Assembly: GCA_964597305.1 (NCBI GenBank)
Contig: CAZQWU010000004.1
Span: 1 to 49,677, forward strand
DNA from: an uncultured Bifidobacterium sp.
GTDB lineage: Bacteria; Actinomycetota; Actinomycetes; Nanopelagicales; Nanopelagicaceae
Reading direction: 5' to 3'
DNA: 49,677 bases
In this document: one piece after another, positions 1 through 6,567 of the stretch
Position numbering within the stretch: position 1 is the stretch's first letter
Layout: each line of letters opens with the position of its first letter
The notes under the pieces: generated by a model
Database searches by the model: none
Seen by the model: the letters and a program-made list of their open reading frames with translations, nothing else
Told to the model about the DNA's origin: nothing
Made by a program: the position numbers and the translations under genes

Positions 1-3
1 AAA

Positions 4-162
4 ATGGCAGAGACATATAAGGGTGAGGCTTACTGCGTGAAGTGCAAAGAGAAGCGCCAGTTCGAAGGAACTGTAAAGGTCTCAGACTCTGGTCGTCGTA
101 TGGCACAGGGCATCTGCCCAACCTGCGGCACCAAGGTGAACCGCATTCTCGGCAAGGCATAA
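4..162 (+). CDS. small zinc-ribbon protein (DUF5679-like), 52 aa
   Basis: Absent from the ORF track because it is under 60 aa. ATG at 4, TAA at 160-162. The translation is MAETYKGEAYCVKCKEKRQFEGTVKVSDSGRRMAQGICPTCGTKVNRILGKA, with two CxxC pairs (CVKC...CPTC) as in small actinobacterial zinc-ribbon proteins. A clean intrinsic terminator follows. Any RBS lies outside the window. Confidence 0.6.
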   Translation: MAETYKGEAYCVKCKEKRQFEGTVKVSDSGRRMAQGICPTCGTKVNRILGKA

Positions 163-180
163 CCCACTAAGTTTCACGAA

Positions 181-219
181 AGAGAGGGCGCTTACCAGCG
201 CCCTCTCTTTTTACTTTTT
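181..219 (+). terminator. Rho-independent terminator after the zinc-ribbon gene
   Basis: A perfect 11-bp stem AGAGAGGGCGC (181-191) / GCGCCCTCTCT (198-208) with loop TTACCA, followed by TTTTACTTTTT. Confidence 0.7.
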
Positions 220-358
220 CAACTTTTCACTTCAACTTATGAGTACCCATGAAAACTGAGCGTTATCTCTTACTTACTCATTGAAAGAATTCACGATCAC
301 ATACACACGATCATCTACTTTCTAAAAAAAGCTACGTGATAGTGACCATTCTCGCCTG

Positions 359-1615
359 GTGTCAGTTTCACTCCCTAAATTTGCTCCCCAATCTCAGGAC
401 ACATCAGCTGAACTGACAACGCTACATTCCGCGCATCCGTTCAATGTCAACGAGAGAATCCAAAAATATTCGCAACTAAAACCACGACTGAAAAGCGGTG
501 TCACCTATCTGAAGGTTCCTAGCACCGCACGAACGAAATCACGAGAAGAAATTTATGTTGGAACAGGGAACAGAGGTATTACTCTCGTATCTGAAGAGAT
601 CGAATTAATCAAAGCAGTTTTCGAACATCTCGATGGAAAAAATTCACTAGCAACAATTGCCGGAACGTTGGGGCACCCTCTTGGCGACATTTGCGCCATT
701 GCTGAAGCATTTGATAGCGCAGGTCTAGTCGACATTGAACGAACACAAATAAAAATTAATGAACGAGCCGTCGCTCACGATCAGACATCTAATTTCGCGC
801 GTGACGATTCAGATGGTGCGCTCCGCTCACTTATTGAGCGAATTCAACCTGAACTGGAATTAACAACCTGGTACGAAGGGTGTAGAGATGGTGGCGTAAA
901 AATAATTCATGCGCGAAAAGACTTTCCGATTCTCATAATGGGAACCCAACGAATCGGTGTTACCTTGGCAGCGCTCCTACACGCGAGTGGATTTCAATCG
1001 ATTCGAACATATCCCTCTCCTATTCACGAAAAGTCGCACACCATTACCTTTCAAGATATCTGTGGCGGCTATATACGCCACTCCGATTACGGATTAGCTA
1101 AATCAGCTCTGACCTCCGAGATGAATAACTCGATCTCACTATTTCCGTATCCTCGCAATTATCACTCCCATGGACCCAAGCCTGCCGCTCCCAGTTTTTC
1201 TCCTCGCCTGATTATTTCCATCGGCTGGCCAACTCCAGATCTTCTTCAAACGTGGATGAGCGAAACTATTCCTTTTCTCATAGTCGATGAATTTACTGAT
1301 CGAACTTTTACGATCGGGCCGTTGGTCGAACCTGGACAAAGTGCCTGTCCGGAATGTATTCGATTAACACTGTGTGAACGCGAACCGCTTTTTAGTTTTA
1401 TTTCAGATATTCGGAAATTTATGCCAAACCGTGAAGTGCCATCATCACTCGCAGCTTTTATTGCAGGCGCTGTCTCGCTCGATGCAATGTCGTATGCAGA
1501 TTGTGGATTGAGTGACTACCGCAATTCCCAAGTGAAATATTCGCTGAACGAGTTAGGCAATCCCCAGCGATACAACTGGGGATTACATCCTGAATGTATG
1601 TGTCACCGCAATTAA
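359..1615 (+). CDS. RRE (PqqD-like) plus degenerate ThiF/E1-like domain protein, resembling a TOMM leader-peptide-binding 'C protein'
   Basis: 418-aa ORF with a GTG start and no SD. The upstream CATTCT-N6-GTG geometry hints at a leaderless mRNA. EEIELIKAVFEHLDGKNSLATIAGTLGHPLGDICAIAEAFDSAGLVD looks like a winged-helix RiPP recognition element. ILIMGTQRIGVTLAALLHASG occupies the ThiF GxGxxG position but has lost the glycines. TIGPLVEPGQSACPECIRL matches the hallmark of cyclodehydratase-docking proteins, and a second Cys pair (HPECMCH) sits at the C-terminus. The assignment is from motifs by eye only. Confidence 0.55.
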   Translation: MSVSLPKFAPQSQDTSAELTTLHSAHPFNVNERIQKYSQLKPRLKSGVTYLKVPSTARTKSREEIYVGTGNRGITLVSEEIELIKAVFEHLDGKNSLATIAGTLGHPLGDICAIAEAFDSAGLVDIERTQIKINERAVAHDQTSNFARDDSDGALRSLIERIQPELELTTWYEGCRDGGVKIIHARKDFPILIMGTQRIGVTLAALLHASGFQSIRTYPSPIHEKSHTITFQDICGGYIRHSDYGLAKSALTSEMNNSISLFPYPRNYHSHGPKPAAPSFSPRLIISIGWPTPDLLQTWMSETIPFLIVDEFTDRTFTIGPLVEPGQSACPECIRLTLCEREPLFSFISDIRKFMPNREVPSSLAAFIAGAVSLDAMSYADCGLSDYRNSQVKYSLNELGNPQRYNWGLHPECMCHRN

Positions 1616-1962
1616 CTCGCGATGGAATCCAATCGTGGTCGACCAGGTAAACGCTTTGTCGTGATGACAACTCCATCTTCAAAGAGTTCGCCACCCCAGA
1701 CACCAACCGGTTCTTGTCGCGAGAGCGCTCCGGCTAAACATTCTCTCTTCATCGGACATGTGCCGCAGAGCGCCTTAGCAAAGTTAATTGTTTCTTGCTT
1801 CTCTGAGAAGAAAATTTCAGGATCGGTGTTATGGCAAGGCAAAGTAAAGGCATTGGTCGAACCATAAACGCCTGTCACAGCGTCAAGCCCGATCTTGGCG
1901 TTATCGCCTTCTGCCCACCCTGGTACCAATAATTCGCTGAAGAGAACAGTCATCGTCCTCAC
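1612..1962 (-). CDS. whiB7: WhiB7/WblC-type transcriptional regulator (WhiB-like Fe-S protein with a C-terminal AT-hook)
   Basis: Four Cys in the WhiB arrangement (CHNTDPEIFF...ALCGTCPMKREC), followed by EPVGVWGGELFEDG and the AT-hook KRLPGRPRL at the C-terminus, which is the defining WhiB7 signature. Synteny whiB7-uvrD2-nudC matches mycobacteria. The start is ambiguous: GTG at 1962 or ATG at 1953. Confidence 0.85.
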   Translation of the reverse strand: MRTMTVLFSELLVPGWAEGDNAKIGLDAVTGVYGSTNAFTLPCHNTDPEIFFSEKQETINFAKALCGTCPMKRECLAGALSRQEPVGVWGGELFEDGVVITTKRLPGRPRLDSIAS

Positions 1963-1988
1963 CGTGCCTTTCTTCTCATGTTCTGCTC

Positions 1989-2033
1989 GTTGTTGATTAA
2001 CTTTTTGTCGATTAACTTATTGTTGATTTACTT
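1989..2033. repeat. 15-bp x3 AT-rich tandem repeat between the attenuator and the whiB7 RBS
   Basis: On the whiB7 strand the copies read AAGTAAATCAACAAT / AAGTTAATCGACAAA / AAGTTAATCAACAAC. Plus-strand units are 2019-2033, 2004-2018 and 1989-2003. Confidence 0.8.
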
Positions 2034-2058
2034 ATTTAGTTTTCGATCATCCGCCCCT

Positions 2059-2099
2059 TATAAAAGAAAAAGGGCCCGAATCCTGTGGATTCGTGGCCC
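2059..2099 (-). terminator. intrinsic terminator inside the whiB7 5' leader (candidate attenuator)
   Basis: The minus strand reads GGGCCACGAATCC-ACA-GGATTCGGGCCC (2099..2072, one bulged A), immediately followed by TTTTTCTTTTAT. It lies about 100 nt upstream of the whiB7 start codon, and no gene ends here. Confidence 0.65.
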
Positions 2100-2322
2100 C
2101 GGGGCTTCGTATCGTTTCTTATCCGATACTGCTCCAGGTGCCTCGAAGGTCCTTGGCGGCGTAATTCTTGGTTGTATAAGTTGCAAAAAACTTATGTGAA
2201 CCATGATGTGCGACCGCGCGAGATTCGTGGCGCGTAGAAACGTGGGCATGGCGTGAGACGCGTGGATGAGACGCGAATTGAGCGAGTTTTCTACTCATCT
2301 CTCACCATTGCCTTTCCTGACA

Positions 2323-2362
2323 GTATTTCTCTTGATTTCTCTAGATTTCTCTAGATTTCTCT
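2323..2362. repeat. 10-bp x4 helically phased tandem repeat (AGAGAAATCn on the whiB7 strand)
   Basis: The plus strand reads gtATTTCTCT tgATTTCTCT agATTTCTCT agATTTCTCT, with a partial fifth unit running to 2370. Confidence 0.8.
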
Positions 2363-2403
2363 TGGATTTACTCCAAGTTCTCACTTTTTACAGCGAGTTG
2401 CAA

Positions 2404-2433
2404 AGATTAAACCATTCATTGAGCGTTGTGCAA
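2404..2433 (-). promoter_or_regulatory. candidate whiB7 promoter (-35 TTGCAC, -10 TAATCT)
   Basis: The minus strand reads AGTAATAAGGATTTGCAC-N18-TAATCT, directly after the uvrD2 stop. An AT-rich stretch abuts the -35, which is where WhiB7 autoregulatory sites sit in mycobacteria. Hexamer match only, so the prediction is weak. Confidence 0.3.
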
Positions 2434-2454
2434 ATCCTTATTACTGACGCGTAA

Positions 2455-4140
2455 TTATTGGTAAAACCCTGATTCAACAAGAAATCTACTAGGCGTTCCA
2501 CTGTAGCTGATGGTCAATCTGCGTTTGGCTCGAGTGATCCCGACATAAAACAATCGACGCTCTTCATCAATACTGTGCTCGTTACTTCCAGGATTTTTAC
2601 TTCCAGGATTTTTACTTCCAGAATAAGACGTGAGATAAGGCAAAGTTCCTTCTGCTGCACCAACGAGAAATACCTGATCCCATTCCAAACCTTTTGCAGC
2701 GTGAAGGGTTGAGAGAACAACTCCTGGCATTGTTGGTGGATTGTTCTGCTCAGCACGATCTTCCAGTTCGCGCAGAAAACCTCGGAGCGAATTCACACCT
2801 TCTTGCATAAGCTCTCGACCAAGGTGGAGAAAAGAGCGTACATACTTACTTTCACCAAATGGTTGTAAAGCAGATTTGAGGTCTGAATACCAATCCCCAC
2901 CGGCTACCGATAGCACCGAGGCGTTACGCACCGCTCTCATCAAATCTCGAACTTCAATCTGATCAAAAAATCTCTCTGCACTTCGAATTTGATTTTCGAT
3001 TCCAGATTTGTTGAGCGCGTTTTCAAGGGCATCGATCTGATTATTGGTTCGCGCAAGTACTGCAATCTCATGAGGAATTACTCCGTCATTAATTGCCGAT
3101 GAAATCATCTCAACGATGGTGTGTGTTTCATGTTCGCTTCCTTCAGCGCTGATTACCAATGGTTTTTCACCATGAGTTCCTTGAGCGGTTAACTCATGAC
3201 TTGCCAAGGTAGTTCGCAACAGTGCATTTGCAGTGTTGATAATTTCTGGAGTTGAACGATAACCACGATTCAGACGTATTACTTCAGCATCCGGGTATCG
3301 CTGAGTGAAGTTCAATAAGAAAGCGGGGGTAGCGCCAGCAAAGGAATAGATAGTTTGCGCGGGGTCTCCAACAACGCAAAGGTCTTGCCTACCACCAACC
3401 CACAAATCAAGTAAACGCTGTTGCAAGGGCGAAACATCTTGATATTCGTCCACCGTGAAATATCGATATTGATCCCTAATTCGATCGCGGACAAGTCGAT
3501 CTTCTTCTAACATTCCCACTGTAAGTAGCAAAACATCTTCGAAATCAATAGCCCGTTCTTGGCGTTTTAAAGACTCGTAGGCTTCATACACTTTGGCAAT
3601 ATCGGCATACGGCAGGCGAGAATTGCCACTAATAATCCCTCTGTTGAATGTCTCGGCGCTCTCAGCATAAGTATCAGGGGCATATCCAAGCACTTTTGAC
3701 CATTCAATTTCCGCCGCCAAATCGCGGAGAACGTTCTGACTTTTAATCGCCGCAATCCCCGCCCGATTGATCGCCTCGGTAATAAAACCTGTTTTAGATG
3801 TGAGTAATTGTGGAAAGCGACCACCTAATACCTCTGGCCAGAAATACATCAATTGGCGGAGAGCTGCTGCGTGAAAAGTTCGAGCAGAAATAGTTGGCAC
3901 ACCAAGTGCTCGTAATCTCGAACGCATCTCGCCAGCAGCGCGCGCAGTAAATGTGAGGGCAAGAATTTTTTGCGGTTCGATAACGCCGATATCGACAGCG
4001 TAAGCCAACCGATGTGTAATGGCGCGAGTTTTTCCTGTTCCTGCGCCAGCTATAACACAGACTGGTCCACGAACTGCAGTAGCGACTGCCCGTTGTTCGT
4101 CATCGAGGGCAGCCAGAATTGATTCGGCTAACTGCGCCAT
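2455..4140 (-). CDS. uvrD2: UvrD/PcrA-family ATP-dependent DNA helicase (UvrD2 position, no HRDC tail)
   Basis: Walker A GAGTGKTRAITHR, DEYQD box (FTVDEYQDVSP), and motif VI YVGITRAKRRL. It sits between whiB7 and nudC, as uvrD2 does in mycobacteria. The protein ends about 25 aa after motif VI. Confidence 0.85.
   Translation of the reverse strand: MAQLAESILAALDDEQRAVATAVRGPVCVIAGAGTGKTRAITHRLAYAVDIGVIEPQKILALTFTARAAGEMRSRLRALGVPTISARTFHAAALRQLMYFWPEVLGGRFPQLLTSKTGFITEAINRAGIAAIKSQNVLRDLAAEIEWSKVLGYAPDTYAESAETFNRGIISGNSRLPYADIAKVYEAYESLKRQERAIDFEDVLLLTVGMLEEDRLVRDRIRDQYRYFTVDEYQDVSPLQQRLLDLWVGGRQDLCVVGDPAQTIYSFAGATPAFLLNFTQRYPDAEVIRLNRGYRSTPEIINTANALLRTTLASHELTAQGTHGEKPLVISAEGSEHETHTIVEMISSAINDGVIPHEIAVLARTNNQIDALENALNKSGIENQIRSAERFFDQIEVRDLMRAVRNASVLSVAGGDWYSDLKSALQPFGESKYVRSFLHLGRELMQEGVNSLRGFLRELEDRAEQNNPPTMPGVVLSTLHAAKGLEWDQVFLVGAAEGTLPYLTSYSGSKNPGSKNPGSNEHSIDEERRLFYVGITRAKRRLTISYSGTPSRFLVESGFYQ
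2582..2621. repeat. in-frame 15-nt tandem repeat within uvrD2 (encodes GSKNP GSKNP GSN)
   Basis: ttacttccaggattt occurs twice (2582-2596, 2597-2611), with a partial third copy at 2612-2621. Confidence 0.85.
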
Positions 4141-5072
4141 GCTTCCCCACCGATTAGTTCACTATCTGCACGATCGCCATACCAACGATTAATCATTGCC
4201 CGTGCAACGCTTAATGATGGCGGAAGAATTACGTTCTGATTTTTAACTTCGGCTCGTAAGGTTTCCCGAGTAAACCAGCGAATCTCTTCGATCTCTTCAC
4301 CGTCAGCGCGCGCTTGCGAAGGATTGTCGATGACTGCCTCGTAGGCAATCATGATCGATGCCGGAAATGGCCATGGCTGTGAGCCAAGGTAGATCATGGA
4401 AGTCACGCTAACGCCGGCTTCTTCTTTTACCTCGCGACGAACACAGTGCTCGAAAGATTCTCCGGGTTCAACAAAACCAGCAAAGGTCGAAAAACGATTC
4501 ATTGGCCAGACTTTTTGATGTCCCAAAAGAATTCGATCATCACGATCTTTAATGAGAACGATCACCGCAGGATCTGTTCGTGGATGATGTTGTGAACCGC
4601 ACTCTGCGCAATCACGCGCTGCCCCACCAAGAGTGACTTTGGTCTGAGCACCACATTGAGCACATCGCGGATGTCGATAGTGCCATTGCGACAATGCCAA
4701 TGAATGCGCAGCTACGCCGATGTCGAGATCTGAAAGAGATGATCCGATAGTGCGCAACGTATCTGTTGGCGTTAATGTAAATTCTTGCGGCACCACGTGG
4801 AAAACAAAATAGGGAATGTCGTGTGGTGATATGCCAAGAAAATACCGATCACCATTCATCTCCCGTGACGTGCTCTGTAATGATCGAATTTCTTCTGCCG
4901 TGAAATATCGAAGGTGGTTGCCACGATGGGCGAATTTGTCACCGATCAGCAATGCGATCTGAGCGCGTTCCCAAAGCGTCGCTAGAACTTGCCCGTCGCT
5001 TCGCAGATGGGCTGCGCGATCTAATTCAGTTCGGGAGAGCGCGAGATCGAGGTACGGTGCGTTCGAAGACAT
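4128..5072 (-). CDS. nudC: NAD+ diphosphatase / NADH pyrophosphatase (Nudix)
   Basis: Zinc ribbon CAQCG...CAECG followed by the Nudix box GFVEPGESFEHCVRREVKEEAGV. Overlaps the uvrD2 start by 13 nt. Confidence 0.85.
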   Translation of the reverse strand: MSSNAPYLDLALSRTELDRAAHLRSDGQVLATLWERAQIALLIGDKFAHRGNHLRYFTAEEIRSLQSTSREMNGDRYFLGISPHDIPYFVFHVVPQEFTLTPTDTLRTIGSSLSDLDIGVAAHSLALSQWHYRHPRCAQCGAQTKVTLGGAARDCAECGSQHHPRTDPAVIVLIKDRDDRILLGHQKVWPMNRFSTFAGFVEPGESFEHCVRREVKEEAGVSVTSMIYLGSQPWPFPASIMIAYEAVIDNPSQARADGEEIEEIRWFTRETLRAEVKNQNVILPPSLSVARAMINRWYGDRADSELIGGEAWRS

Positions 5073-5078
5073 GGAACG

Positions 5079-5091
5079 ACCCTACTAGCCT
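5079..5091. promoter_or_regulatory. back-to-back -10 hexamers for divergent, probably leaderless nudC and EEP genes
   Basis: The 25-bp intergenic region is ggaacg ACCCTA c TAGCCT gcccta. TAGCCT is followed by 6 nt and then ATG at 5098. On the other strand TAGGGT is followed by 6 nt and then ATG at 5072. There is no room for an SD on either side. Confidence 0.4.
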
Positions 5092-5097
5092 GCCCTA

Positions 5098-5916
5098 ATG
5101 AAGGTCACCTCGTGGAACATCCTCCACGCAATGACCATTCCGCCTGATACAACAAGCGATGATCTCAAGTCGAGCGCTCTCAACGAAGGCTTAATCACTG
5201 GCTTATCAGAGATTAAAAACTTTTCACCTGATGTCTTAGGAATTCAAGAAGTTGATGAATTACAACCTCGATCAGCATTTATTCGACAGACAGAGATCAT
5301 TGCTAAGGAGTTGGCAGCGCCATATTGGGCCTTTGCTCCCACGATGATGGGAACACCAGGTGAACAATGGCGCGCACTTTCAGATGAGGAACGAAAATTT
5401 TTTCATTCCGGTGAGAATCTTCCGGCAAGTTATGGCATCGCGCTTGTCTCAAAAATCCCTGTTATCCGATGGCATACCCTCAACTTAAAAAAATCGCCCT
5501 TTGGATTCCCCATTGCAGTCCCGGGGAAAAAGCGAGCTCAGTTAATTTATGTTGCCGATGAACCACGGGTCGCTCTCGCAGCTGAGTTAGAGAATGGGTG
5601 GACGATCGCAACAACTCACTTATCATTTGTTCCGCTTTATAACGTTGTTCAATTACGAAAACTAATTCGTTGGCTCTCGGCGTTACCGGGGAAAAAGATT
5701 CTTATCGGCGACATGAATCTACCGTGGGGCATTGCACGGAGAGTTTCTGGTTGGCAGAGTTTTAATTTCCTTCCCACGTATCCGTCCTGGAAACCACAAC
5801 TCGAATTTGATTACATCCTCAGTAACGACTTACAGCATGAAAAAGTCACAACGCATCGCCATAAATTCTCTGGTATCAGTGATCACCTTCCACTCTCGAT
5901 AGAGATTGAGTTATAA
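5098..5916 (+). CDS. endonuclease/exonuclease/phosphatase (EEP) family protein
   Basis: N-terminal SWNILH, GIQEVDE, and C-terminal SDHLPLSIEI, which are typical EEP catalytic motifs. Confidence 0.75.
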   Translation: MKVTSWNILHAMTIPPDTTSDDLKSSALNEGLITGLSEIKNFSPDVLGIQEVDELQPRSAFIRQTEIIAKELAAPYWAFAPTMMGTPGEQWRALSDEERKFFHSGENLPASYGIALVSKIPVIRWHTLNLKKSPFGFPIAVPGKKRAQLIYVADEPRVALAAELENGWTIATTHLSFVPLYNVVQLRKLIRWLSALPGKKILIGDMNLPWGIARRVSGWQSFNFLPTYPSWKPQLEFDYILSNDLQHEKVTTHRHKFSGISDHLPLSIEIEL

Positions 5917-5943
5917 GTAGAGATGTGAAGATGGAGTACTCAT

Positions 5944-6567
5944 TCATGCGGCAGTTGAAATTTTTGTTCGTTGTTCTTTAAACCGCGCAAGAAGCTCCAC
6001 TCGTTTCGCATCGGGCATAGCGAAGCCCGCCGCACGCGCCGACCAATCTTTTAGTTCGCTGATGGAACTGCATTGCGCAAGGCTGGTGAGCAAAGTTTCC
6101 CAATCACTCTCTGCGAGCGTTCTCCGCTCGCGTGACATTTTTTGATTCGCTCTATCACCGCCATTATTCGCGACTTTTCGCTGTTGATGCGTTGATCGGG
6201 CAACTTTTGCCATCTCTTCACGGCTCGCACGTTTACCCTTGGTTGCAAATCCAAGATTGGCAAGACAGCGACCGATACTTGATGTTTCACAATTTTCGCT
6301 GGCATTCACTCGATTGATCGGTGTACTACCTTCGATTTCAGTTGCAAACCCAGTCGCCTGAGGTCGGGAATCATCTTGATTAGTAAAAGCTTCGGTACGA
6401 CAGATCCATTCAATCCGACCATCACTTCGTTCCGTTCGTTGGAGATCGGTAATCAACCGACCCTTCGGAAATTTCTGCCAAAAAGCACGAATTCTATTTT
6501 CTACCGGCTCATAATTATTTAAGTCGAAATTATTATGGTGAAAACTTTGTCCTTGAAATGATGTCAT
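5944..6567 (-). CDS. phage-like protein, possible Rad52/Sak-type single-strand annealing protein (tentative)
   Basis: 207-aa ORF. NRIRAFWQKFPKGRLIT...ATGFATEIEG...ENCETSSIGRCLANLGF resembles the core pattern I associate with phage Rad52/Sak-like and actinophage recombination proteins. The tail is basic. The start overlaps the upstream stop (TAATG). Function is from memory of motifs only. Confidence 0.45.
   Translation of the reverse strand: MTSFQGQSFHHNNFDLNNYEPVENRIRAFWQKFPKGRLITDLQRTERSDGRIEWICRTEAFTNQDDSRPQATGFATEIEGSTPINRVNASENCETSSIGRCLANLGFATKGKRASREEMAKVARSTHQQRKVANNGGDRANQKMSRERRTLAESDWETLLTSLAQCSSISELKDWSARAAGFAMPDAKRVELLARFKEQRTKISTAA

Larger units (their letters stand above)
1963..2397 (-). 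promoter_or_regulatory. long whiB7 5' leader with candidate uORFs (2298->2119, 59 codons; 2249->2058, 63 codons; mini-ORF 2308->2291)
   Basis: This is the largest non-coding gap in the window. It contains the terminator above plus ORFs on the whiB7 strand that end just before or inside the terminator. uORF-dependent attenuation is established for mycobacterial whiB7 and Streptomyces wblC. The 5' boundary is a guess taken from a predicted promoter. Confidence 0.5.

Noticed and set aside
1622-2454. Plus-strand ORFs 1622-1867, 1978-2199 and 2266-2454 around whiB7
   Set aside because: The first is antisense to the well-supported whiB7 coding sequence. The other two run antisense through the whiB7 leader, its terminator and the tandem repeats (hence their LLINFLSINLLLIYL and ISLDFSRFLLDL low-complexity peptides). 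None has an RBS.
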